Shown here: in pieces, positions 1 through 11,163 of the stretch | Layout of the letters: every line of letters starts with the position of its first letter | Position numbering within the stretch: position 1 is the stretch's first letter | Origin: Entomortierella parvispora E1425 | Lineage: Eukaryota; Fungi; Mortierellomycota | Direction: 5' to 3' | NCBI GenBank assembly: GCA_020891255.1 | Contig: BQFW01000002.1 | Coordinates: forward strand, 1,984,001-2,048,000 | Length of the DNA stretch: 64,000 bases | Program-made: the position numbers and the translations under genes | The notes under the pieces: generated by a model | What the model was told of the DNA's origin: nothing | Database searches by the model: none | Seen by the model: the letters and a program-made list of their open reading frames with translations, nothing else

Positions 1-2038
1 TTCGTCACAAAAATCGTCGTCCAAGATGATGGTCTCCAAATCCAGCCAGTACCTCTCCAGGATCATGGTCTGGGCTCGAAGTCCGGAAAGCGGCGGTAAG
101 GGGCGATCCAGGAGAAGGGATCCAGGCTCGGCACGATCAAAGGTTGCTTTAAAGGATGGACAGGTGACGTTCAGATACTGGAAATATTTGTGATTAAGGA
201 GAAGCTCTTTGACGAGTTCGATTGTCTCGATGAACCGATACCCTTTGGGGCAAGCGAGGGAGAGCGTTTTGAGTTGGGGGCATTGATTGAAGAGCACAGT
301 CAGCTTTTCAGAGTGCGCTCTTGGATCAAATAGAGAGTCAATATGGATCTCTTGTAGCCGTGTCTGCCTGTCTTGCCTAAAAGGCAACGACTTTGAGAAG
401 AAATCGTCGATCTCCTTGAACTGAACCACCTCAAGTTCCGGACTGGTCAATAGGATGTGCACCAAATAGTTTGTACTCTTGCCACGACCAAACAATCCAC
501 CCGTCGATCGACTGAGGTTTTTGAGATTGATCGTGATCTTATGGAGAGTCATCAGAGCAATGATGTTGCCCAGATGGTCCAACTCGACCACTGTTGGATC
601 ACAATCTATCATCAAATCCAGCTCGCGAGCATTCTTGCACCCGCCAATCAGGTAGCTATAATTACGAAAGGACGTCGTCTTGTCCATCTTCAGGACCAAT
701 TTCAGCCTGCGGTTCTCGTATTGATAAAAGCCTCGGTGCCAGTTGACCGAGACACGGAGTTCCTTGGCTGCCTTGGTGTCGAAAATGACATCATAGTGTG
801 GATGACAAAGCCAGACCTCTCTGCTGTCGTCCTCTTCCATATTTCCTCGCAACAGATGGCCCAGATGCTGATCTTCATTCTTCTCGGATGCATGCAGGTC
901 CTTGAAGTAGGATCGAATGCCGCTTAGGTCTGTTGTCTCGGCCATGGAATCAAAACTATATGTTCGAACGTGTTCCTCAAAAGACTTTTCATGGCCCTTC
1001 TTCTTCGTTTGGAGATACGAGATCATCTGGAAAATGCTGTGCTCAAGATCCTCGCGCACCGGTCGCATGTACTCAATGCCGCCTCGACCCTCTCTGGAGG
1101 TCCTACGGTAGTCCAATTCATTGAGCGAGGGGACAGTCTTTCCTTGGATTGGGAGCCCATGTTGCAACATTTGCAGCATGTTAAGAATGTAAGACCCATA
1201 TTGGTCAAAGAACTCAATCGGACGCTCTAGCTCATAGCCTGGATGCCCGCAAAGGTGCACGTGGCCCGGTATAGCGTTGAATTGGTGGGTACAGGGGACT
1301 TTCACCTTCATCGCCTCACCTCCGTAGCACAAAAAGTGCACTGTGAACTTGTTCTTGTCTGGGGCGATTTCGTCCAATGGATGACCATCCATAGGGAGAA
1401 CCAGAAAGAATCTCGGGCAACGCAGTCGTAGTAAAGGATTCGCGCAACCCTCTGGCGATATAGGATGTAACTGAGTCTGCTGTGAGGAAGAGCTCGGGTT
1501 TGGATCAGATGCATAGCCTATCATGCTAAGTGCTACTGGTGACGGTGCAACCCACACTCGCTTTTCCTCGACAGGAACTGTAACTGCGACTGTGTTGGGC
1601 GGGCACGAAGCTGAATACTTTGGTGGTAAACCATCTAAGCCATCGTTCTCGTTTCCTATCGTCGGTGGTGATGTGAGGGATTGAGCCAAGGATACCTGAA
1701 GAATGACTCCGGGGTAGCGTTTAAGTCGTTTTGGCTGATATCTACACTCTCCCATTCCCGTACGGGGTTAATTTGTTGTGTCCTTCATGATGTTGCTTCC
1801 CCCATATCTGAAGTCTTTAGATAAATGATTACCTGTGCCCATCCTTGTCTCGCATGTAGGCGACCATGATATTGTCTCGGCGCACATGTTGTAGTCCAGG
1901 GAAAAAAGTCTCAATGTCCTCCCAAAAAATGAACTTTTCGTCTGTTGTGGGATCCGTTGCAACCTCGATATTAATAATCTGGGATGAAGTGTCTGATCCT
2001 GGGAAGGCCTCCGCTACGAACGACTGATGATCATCCAT
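1..2038 (-). CDS. Mortierellaceae-type LRR/RNI-like protein, 3'-truncated by window edge; exons 2038-1833 and 1741-<1
   Basis: Exon 1 is ORF 1829..2038. Splicing AG|GT at 1833/1832 to the acceptor at 1743-1742 restores the frame. My manual translation is stop-free from 1741 to 1 and includes PRFFLVLP..FTVHFLCYG, HLCGHPGYELERPIEFFDQYGSYIL, EVWLCHPHY and Leu-rich repeats such as QCPQLKTLSL. Confidence 0.8.
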
Positions 2039-2633
2039 GCCCGGAAGAGTTTTTTGTACTGCTATCGATACTTTTGTTGAGTGGCGAGTGTATGGCGTAA
2101 GGATGAAAGCGAATAAAAGTGCGAAAGGAGTTATTTACATTTATCCCTTCACAAAAAAAAAAAAAAAAAAAAAAAACGATGTGGCAGTACCACTCGTGAG
2201 AGGGGTCATCAGCAACTAGTTCCGATCTAACCCTTCTTGGAGTCTACCTGTGCATCTAAACGCGACTGTGCAGGCGAGCTGCAGGCTTGCAGAAGCAGAA
2301 ATACCTGCTCTCGTCGTCGAAAATCGAAAGTCGAAAAACGGGCAAAGACATCGGGCCGCTTGTTTTTGATCGTAGTTTCGGTAATTGGGTCTTTGCAGCC
2401 GTTCCGGCCGTTGAGATCATCACGCTCGGTAGCGACAACAAAAATTGGGTTACAGTCACTCGTGCATTAGACGTTTGGAACCAACCACCTCTAAACAACA
2501 AGAGCCATATCCAACAGCACGGTTTCGTCCTAGAGAGATTGGCCGCCCCACCGTTTTCATCCACACAAGCCCCGATTTTAATATAAACTTATCATAGTAG
2601 AAAAAGTAGAGTAGTAGAGTATCAGACCACCTT

Positions 2634-4293
2634 TCAGTAAGTGGCCTGTGGGCTCTGAGGGACAGATCGATATCCAAACTCTGGGACCACTCCGACCATC
2701 TGAGGGTGACGCGGCGGTGGACTCAAAGAACGTACAGACGTGTCTACTGACACTTTGGAATAATCTGAAGCTTGATTGTACTTAGAAGCGGAGGTGGCAT
2801 CACTCGGACTCTAAGGACAAAAAAAAAAAAAAAAAAGGATTTCGTTGTCAGCTCATATCCATGTAGGCTACTTCTAGCGCAATTTCATCGAGAAAAAAAT
2901 GCTTTCTCGCAGCACCAACCTCAGTCGCATATTGGGCACTCAGCCTCTGGTGGGTCTTTCGTCTGCTGTAGAAAAAGAAAGCGGCCAACGCCCCAACGAC
3001 GACCACCCCTCCTACAGCGCCTCCCGCAATGGCACCAACATTAGAATGGCTTGAAGAACCCGCTGAGGTTGGGGCAGACGAAGGTGGGCCGGATGGAGAA
3101 GTTGGAGAGGAGAAAAAAGATTGGGAGGGGGACGACACCACTGTAGGAAAAGGGTTGGATGCCTGGCCGATAGCGTTGACCCAGTTGCTGGACTGGAGAT
3201 CAAAGTAGTATACCATTCGACTCACATTGCTGGAGACAGGATTCTGACCTCCAAAGAAAACAGTAGTGCCCGTTCCTGGCATAGTTGTGGAAGATAGGTA
3301 GGTGGATAAAGGAAGATAGTTCAGCCCTTGAAGGTTGGGAATAGTAGACCAAGAAGCTGTCGCCATATCATAGACTGTCATATCAGGGTTGTAGGCTGTG
3401 GAAACGGGCTGGACCGAATGATAGGTGGAAAGGTAACCGGGCCAAACTGTAAAATGGGTGTCGTAGGCTGCAAGCGTACATCCATCCTGTGCCTGTAATA
3501 GAGTAGCAAATGGCTTGGAGGAGGTGGCTCCCAATCCAAGCTGCCAACAAGAGCTACTATAGAGCCCGGCGGTCGATCCTCCGCAGACAATGGGTGTAGG
3601 GGGATTCGTGGGCATGACATCCATACAGAACCCGTGCAGATTGGGTGTGAATCCCTGCAGAGCAACTCCACTCATTGTCATGGTGCAACTGTTAATTTCC
3701 ATGTAAGTTGGAGGGCTCGTAGCAAGAATAGAGACAGTGTACCCATCTGGACCCACAGCTGCACTAATACCCTGCTGGTTTAGCAAGTTTGTCATGGAGA
3801 TGGACGATGAAGAGAAAGTTGGCGGAGCAGTGCTCCAAGCCCCCGTGGCAATGTCGTAGATAGCAAACCCAAGTGCATTGCCAAGCAAGAATACTTTGCC
3901 ATCATAAGTGGTGGCACAGTGAAATTGAGGTACCGAGTCAACTGCCTGCATTGTCTGCCACACTGGGGGGTCAGGGAGTGCAGTCCAGATAATACTGTTT
4001 ACTTCTCCGAGAGGGAGAGGAGCGCTGACGAAATTGGTCCCGTTAACGATCTACTCTGGCGCAAGACAACAGGGCAAAGGCAAAGGGACGGGGAGACTGT
4101 ATAAGTGATTGAAAAGAAAGAAGATGGTCATAAGAGACCAGGTTGAGGCACGTACCGCGCCTCCGATAATATAGTAGACGTTGTTGTATCCAAATGAACA
4201 GGCGTTCATTCTGTATCCAGGGGTAACGATGGCTGCCGAGGGTATGAAGAGTGTGGCCAAGATAATGGCCAGCACTTTGGCAAAGTGCGACAT
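2634..4293 (-). CDS. Type I membrane protein with signal peptide, Kelch/galactose-oxidase-like beta-propeller, S/P-rich stalk and one TM helix; exons ~4293-4156, 4050-~2913, 2810-2634
   Basis: Signal peptide MSHFAKVLAIILATLFIPSAA. Phase-0 intron 4155-4051 joins ORF 2848..3963. Propeller-like segments YYIIGG, PIVCGG and VFFGG; TM GAIAGGAVGGVVVVGALAAFFFYSRRK. The last intron donor is uncertain. Confidence 0.75.
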
Positions 4294-5321
4294 GGCGGGG
4301 AGAAGGGGGATGGAGAGGAGAAGTGGAGAACAAGAAGAGAGACTGAAAAAAGGATCCTGAAGGTTCAAAGAGGAGAGAAGAAAAAGAAAAAAAAAAAAAG
4401 CGGGGGAGAACAGGAAGAGATACGACTTGTGGACCGAGGGCGGTTGCGATGAATTTGGCGAAGCATAGGGGCGAGAAAGGCTATTTGGCCATTGCGCCCC
4501 AGCATTATCCAGACAATGAGAACACTCGCTGTGCTTTGCCTAAGAAGAGATGGGAGAACAAACCATTGCAGAGGCTCATCTTCGGCTATGCATGTCGCGC
4601 GGGCTGGGTGTGATTTGGAAAAATACGCGTCGAAATTTTAAAAACGAGAGGTTTGTCCGGTGGCTTGGCTGTCAGCATTGTTTTTTTTCTCTTCTTTTGC
4701 TCATCTGTCGAGCCAGATCTTGTCTTCGCTCCTTCTCTCTCTTTCCCTCATCCTTTCCTCCCCCCATCCTCCTTTCTTCATCTTCCATCATCTTGTTCGT
4801 CTTCCTCATCCCTCATCGCTGTTTGCTCAATGGTAACGACTATGGAAACTGTAGTAATAAATCGAATTAAACCCATCCCACCCTGGTGTCGCTTTTTGTG
4901 AAGGTTGCTAGATCGTAGTTATCATCCCCCCATCTCCTTCTCCTTCCCTTCATGCCACTACAGCTCTTTGGCCTATTGTTTCCGTCTTGGGACAGAGAGC
5001 TTCTTGGATCTTTTCTTCATCGCTGGGCACCGACGTGTGTGCCTGGCTTTGGAGAGAAACCAAGATATGTCGGCAGAGATCAAAAGAAGCTTTACTCACG
5101 CTCGGTAATTGCATTCGGTTTACCGTTGTCGTCTATAAGTACTTCGACATTCCCGTAAAAAAAATCCCCCTTCTCTTTCATCTTGTCCTTTTTCTTCGTC
5201 AATTATTTTAATTAAAAAAAAATGAAAAAAAAAAGCTTCTCGAAGGAACAAATAATGTGGTATGCATGTCCTTTATTTTCCATTGCTTTTTGCGTTGGCG
5301 TGCCTTTGGACCAAAAGCTTC

Positions 5322-7011
5322 TCAGTTGGGTTGTGCGACAAACGAAGGCACTGCATTCTTATTGACCTCCACAGCAGGGTCAGGCACGCTCAAAAGATCA
5401 ACGATCCGCTCCAAACGCGCATTGCCACCCAATCGGAGAATCTCGGCTCTGGTCAGATCCTCATATTTTGACATTTGTTCCCTACAGTAAGCAAAGGTGC
5501 GAGTTTCTTCCATGATTTTGACCGCATGTTGCTTAAGTTCTAGCTCGGTTGGTTTTTGCTTCAAGATGTCTAGTAACGATAGACAAGATATACGGTTAGA
5601 CACCTACGTGTAGAGTTGCTTCATGTATCACATCAGCCCATCATACTCAGTAGCTTGCGACTTTCGGGATCGGCGCGAATCGAGTGGATAATAGGATAAG
5701 AAAATTTGCCCTCTGTCAAGTCTTCACAAAAGCCCTTGTTTGCCGAATACTATGTGACAGCAAGAATGAGATTGTGTTGGTGAATATTGGATCAGATGCG
5801 CAGAGTACGATCTACCAATGCATCAAGCTTGAATTTTTACCTGACTCGACTGCAGATTCATATAGTCATCTCTAATCTGGAAGTGAATGCCGATCAACTC
5901 GACAATTGGCACATAGTCACTAGAATGAAGCAAGCAAGGCAGCTCAGTACAAACATATCAACCAGCTCACAAGATTGGACATAAACTAATAATCGCTTAC
6001 ACTGGGCAATCGCTTGCTGCCTGCATCAACTTGACCGCCAGGCGCAAGAGTCCTCCAGTTTCTAGTGATCGATAGATGAGACGTATTAAGAAAGGGACTG
6101 TTGTCTACAGATGGTTTGTATTGTCTGTCCGAGTGTGAAGATAAACGTACTGTCGTTCACCATAGAGATGTATTCGTCTTCTGTTGGACAAGTCAAACTG
6201 TCTCTCCAGAGCAGCTCCATTCCTTGACCTCGATGTAAACACAGCATTTCCTCTATTGAGCAAAATGGGTATGAGTTTTTCGGTTAATACATGACTCTGC
6301 TCTCGATCCAACCCTGGTCCAAGAACAGTCTCAAGTTACCTGTAAAGATTGTCAGCATGGCTGGATTTTGGATCTTTGTCAGTTCCGTCAAGGCCAAGAA
6401 GTAAACATAGTTCGCGCAATTGATTGTTGCAGGAATGCCATAAATCTTGTGTGCCACTGAGGGTTGTTTTCCAAAGCAAGAAAGAGAACGAGAACAAAAA
6501 ATAAGAGCACATGTCAGCCCTGATCTGCGCGTTCTCCACAACACAAACAACTTTGGACAAAGAGAGAACATACCTGGCTCTCCTCGACGAAGTACAGAAT
6601 CATCCTCGATATCGTCGACTCTACAAAACCAAGAACAACGTGATCGGAAAGGTCATTCCTCTGGGCGGGATGTGGTTTTGCTTTGCCACGTATTCTTCTA
6701 TATCCCTCGGACATTTTGTTCTTACAGCAAACTCGAGTTGTGGAGCATCTTGACGACCTTGGTGATGATGGCAAGCTCCTTTGGGGGAACTTTGATCCAG
6801 ATATTAAAAGACTCGATCAGCTCTGTGCGCATCTCTTTTCCAGGAGTTGACGAGATGTAGAGGTAGGGCTCAAGAAGGGCCTAATGGATGAGAAGGTGTT
6901 GTTTTAAGTCGCGAGGTTTGGGATGCATTCAGACAGACGGAGACAGAGAGAAGAGCGAGAGAAGAGGCGAACCTTTTCTTCGTGGTTCTTTGGGTAAGGA
7001 GGGATGACCAT
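5322..7011 (-). CDS. BTS1: Geranylgeranyl diphosphate synthase (trans-prenyltransferase), multi-exon
   Basis: Exon 1 [13 protein letters not shown] (7011-6973), then [67 protein letters not shown] and C-terminal [11 protein letters not shown]. Confidence 0.93.
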
Positions 7012-7420
7012 GGTGAGAGATGATGAAGAAAAGAGGAGAGTAAGATGATAAGGCAGGTAGGAAGGAATGAAGAAGAGGAAGTAGAAGACGCAGAAGAGAA
7101 GAGAAGGAATGAAGGGGGAACGAATGCTGCAACGTGGACACGCGACCGTGGCGAAAGAGAGGAGACAGCGGGACTTGGAGACAGCACAGGACAGACAGCA
7201 CAGGACAGACAGCACAGTGCAACACTGCACACATGGAGTATCGGACTGCCTTTTTTTACTTTTATTTAGACCGTCTGTGTTCAGTGCCTGGGAACAGAGC
7301 GATGTTAGTCGCCACAAACAACAAAAACACATGCAGAGACGCGCCTCGTCCTTTTTCTCATTCATCCATCCTCTTTCCCCTTCCTCATCCTTCTTCCGTC
7401 CTCCCTCCTCCTTCCGTACA

Positions 7421-8632
7421 ATGACCCTGACAAAGAGACCAGCCGAGCAGAGCTTGGATATGCCCTCCAAGAAGGCTTCCCCTTCCACCTCCTCCGCACC
7501 CAAGGTGCAGACCTCGCTCCTCGGCTGGGCAAAACCCAAAGTTACCGCAGTCTCCGTGTCTGCGACAACAGAACAGGGCTCTACCCCCACCACGGTCGTG
7601 AATGCTGCCGGTGCTGGTGCTTCTTCGTCCTCTCCTTCTCCTTCCTCCTTCCTTCCTCTCGCCAAGGCCAGACCCGATATCCTCAAGGGACTTTCGGATG
7701 AGATGCGAGACCTCTTAAGACTCGAACAAGATACCATGGATGCCACCTGGCTGAGAGCTTTGCAAATGGAGTTCTCCAAGCCCTACTTTATTGCAGTAAG
7801 AAAATCCCCACTCTCAATTGACTCCTTTCAGGGTTTTTTTTTTTTTCCTTTTCTTTTGAGGCTAACCATTTTCCGACTGTATTTTTTTTTTTTTTTTTTG
7901 GATTCTAGTTGAAAAAGTTTTTGAAGCAAGAGGAAGCCAGCAGGCAACAAGTCTTTCCTCCCAAGGGAGACATTTACAGCTGGTCTCGCTTCACCCCTCT
8001 TCCCTCAGTTCGCGTTGTTATCCTCGGACAAGGTAAAAGAAACAAAAAGGGACACGTCTGTATAACAAACAAAAAAAAAAAAAAAAAAAAAAAACGCTCT
8101 CCTAAACTCTTGTCAATCGAACTTGACCCTGCTAGATCCTTACCACGACGATAACCAGGCGCACGGATTGTGCTTCAGTGTCAAAAAGCCCGTCCGTCCT
8201 CCTCCTTCGCTGAAGAACATGTTCAAGCTCCTGGAGACCGATATCCCTGGCTTCAAGACCCCAGATCATGGTTATCTTGAATCCTGGGCCCGTCAGGGCG
8301 TGTTGATGGTCAACGCGTCCATGACCGTGCGTGCTCACGCTGCCAACTCACACAAGGGCAAAGGATGGGAGAAGCTGCTGGATGCAGTCATCAAGACCGT
8401 CAGTGATCAGCGCAAGAATGTGGTCTTCTTGCTCTGGGGCAAAGACGCCCAGAACAAGGCTGTCATGATCGACAGGAAGAAACACTTGGTCTTGATGAGC
8501 GTTCATCCTTCGCCACTTTCCTGCCACCGCGGATATTTTGATTGCCAGCATTACTCAAAGGCCAACAAGTATCTCGCAGACAATGGACTTGCACCCATCA
8601 ACTGGAACAGTCTTATCGACGACACCTCGTAG
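7421..8632 (+). CDS. UNG1: Uracil-DNA glycosylase family 1; introns ~7796-7908 and ~8032-8136
   Basis: Catalytic motif VVILGQ|DPYH split by an intron, plus AHGLCFSV, PPSLKN, GVLMVN and HPSPLS. Confidence 0.96.
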
Positions 8633-8994
8633 TCATGTTGATGAAATACGAAGTCTTTTCCTGTGTCGAAAAGCTGTGTTAGACTATAGTCCATCATCAT
8701 CCTGTTGTACATAAAAAGCAAAGAACTGATACCTATTTGGAGACGATATTTGTTTATTATCGATTTGCCACTCTTTGTTCAAATTGTCGAATCTCCTGCC
8801 GTGTACCGCCTAGGAGGTTGGAGGGATGACCCTCACGGGTTGGGTATCAAGAGTGGGTGTGTGCCTTGTAAGTATGTAAGTAGAGTCAAATTCCCAAATC
8901 CTTGACCATCCCTGATCCATTGCTATTGGTACTGCGACTGTCAAGGATGACAGGATAATCTCACGAGAAAAGAAAAGAGAAAGTATATCATCCT

Positions 8995-9455
8995 TCAGCG
9001 TGGTTTCCGAACATAGGGTCCACTCGTGTCATTCTCAGGATCGCTGGCTTCGTCCTCTGAAAGCTCATAGTCGTACTCGACTGAAGAATCGTGTTGTTCG
9101 TCACCCAGAACATCCATGTCAATTTCCTCTTCCCAAAGCCCTTCCTCCTCGTCCATGGCGCCATCACGTTTCCGTTGGTACCGACCGCGGTTCATGAAGG
9201 ACGGCTGCATGTAAGGTGGGGGCACGAATCTGGAGAGTCCTGCTGCCCTCAAGGTGTCTCTTCCAACACTATTGTATTTATGAGGATATGGATCAGCTTT
9301 TAGACGCTCCTGTTTGGTTCCTGTGGAGGGTGCACGGAAAAACAGAAAAATTACCATGTCCCACAGCAGACACACCAGACCAGACCCGATATTGACGCGA
9401 CAATGCAAAAGACCATGAGGGCATAGAGGCCCCAGGGCGTGGATTCAGCAGCCAT
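8995..9455 (-). CDS. Small (124 aa) single-pass membrane protein with juxtamembrane Cys cluster, PPPY motif and acidic tail; exons 9455-9355 and 9268-8995
   Basis: ATG at 9455 gives MAAESTPWGLYALMVFCIVASISGLVWCVCCGT. A GT(9354)..branch GCTGAT..AG(9269) intron puts it in frame with the distal part of ORF 8995..9408. Spliced length is 375 nt. Confidence 0.7.
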
Positions 9456-9694
9456 GGAAGAAAGGTAAAGGAAAAAGAATAAACAGAAATGTCATGAGCA
9501 AGACTGTGTCCCTGTCCATTCATTCTCCCATGGCGCCATGATGTTTCAATGCATCAAAAAATAAATTCTTATTCTCCCACAAGCCACACGGACTTGTCCG
9601 CCCGTTGGCCCTTGTAGAAACGCATGAATTCATTGCCATTCCTTTTTCCTTTCCCTCTTCTTCCTCTTTCCTCCTCTCCTAAACTTTGATCGCC

Positions 9695-10805
9695 ATGCCC
9701 GCCATCGCAGAGACCACCTGCTATAACCTGTCAAAGTTCAGAGGTATACACCACTTTTTGCCATTTCAGGAACTCAGTTGACCTTCAGGAAGGGCGGGCG
9801 ATTCAGCCCAAAAAAAAAAAAAAAAAAAAAGGAAATAAAACCAGTCAGGCACTAGCGAGCTTAGCCGTCTCAGCTCAATGGACGAGCGTCGGATCAAATT
9901 ACCCTGGAAGAATATTTCCACCTGGAAGCATACCCTATCCTCTGGAGAAGGAGACTTGTCGACACCACCTCTCCCACCTTCACCATGAGCGGCGATCAAG
10001 GAATATCCTTTCGCGCGTTTATTCGAGCTCTCAAAACAGACGAGGGATTCTCATTCACATCCTTTCTCCTCCTTTTTTTTATTTTGAAAACACCAATAGC
10101 GACTATGAAGTCGTTCCGAGTCTTGGATGACAACATCATGCTTCGCCTCAACGAGACCAACACACACGCCGAGGCTGCATGCGCCAACTTTTTTAATGAA
10201 TTGGTCGCCGCATACGTAAAGCGGGATGCCAGCATCAAGTTTTGCTTGGAGGTAAGAAACCCCATCCTACTGTGTTCAGTAGATCTACACAAGGGCTACC
10301 CCATTTCGAATCGTCTGCCGTTCGCCTGATCGTCGCTTCTTCGAAAGGGAAGACCTTTCGGAATCCAATGGCTCATGCAAGATGACTGATCATTTCTTTT
10401 CTGCACCTTCTCATGAATAGACCATGGACAGAAACATTGCCACCAAGAAGGAAAAGTTGTACCAGGATCCCGATGATTATACTCTCAAGGATAGCATCAT
10501 GACAGACGAGTCCAAGGTAAGGCGATCAAGTCTCTTTGCTCATTTCCTCCTTGTTCCGATCCAAGAGAAAATTTCATTCGGAGAACAAGATCTAACAAGA
10601 TCTCTTTTTCCTTTTTTGATGTACTAATACTGTCCTGATTGTTTTTCTTTTCTTTCAATTCTCATATTAGCGTCAAATCATTGCCAACGAGAGTGTAGTG
10701 GAGGACATTGTCCGTGGTCGCTCATTGAAGGCCTTCCAGGAGAGGTGTGCACTCTATGATCTCCCTGAGAACATGCAAGAATTTTTAGACAAGAGACATG
10801 GTTAG
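9695..10805 (+). CDS. MIX23: Mitochondrial intermembrane-space protein MIX23/CCDC58 family, 4 exons
   Basis: MPAIAETTCYNLSKFR|ATMKSFRVLDDNIMLRLN..ACANFFNELVAAYVKRDASIKFCLE|..DPDDYTLKDS..|RQIIANESVVEDIVRGRSLKAFQERC; splice phases checked for the first junction. Confidence 0.85.
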
Positions 10806-11163
10806 AATTTTTGTCTTCCATCCCCCCCACGTCGAAACCAAAAACAAACAATCAAAAAAAGTCCTAAAGATATTAAAAACTCCTTTTTCCAGTTTTTTTT
10901 TTTTGAATGACGCTTTAATATACAACACTTTTTTTGAAAGAATAACAAGACATTGACGTCTAATATACAACCTTGCTATGCATAAAGCGAGGCTTGCGGA
11001 GTGGCAGTGAGAGTGAGAGAGGTACGACTACAGAGCGATATGAGGAGGGTAGTAAAGAATACAACACTTGGTAAGGAAAAAGAGAAAAAAACGAGTAAAA
11101 AAAACGAGAGAAATAAGAAAGAAAGCGCAATCAAATCAGAAAGAATGAAGTATAAAAGGACGC

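Noticed and set aside
457-1431. Plus-strand ORFs such as 457..927
   Set aside because: Antisense shadows of the long minus-strand LRR exon.
2287-2586. 99-aa ORF with protein-like composition
   Set aside because: Non-ATG start, no recognisable motif and no supporting exons.
9863-9895. tRNA-like 5' half (GCCGTCTCAGCTCAATGGACGAGCG) in the long first intron of MIX23
   Set aside because: No anticodon arm, T-arm or acceptor pairing follows; no snoRNA boxes evident either.
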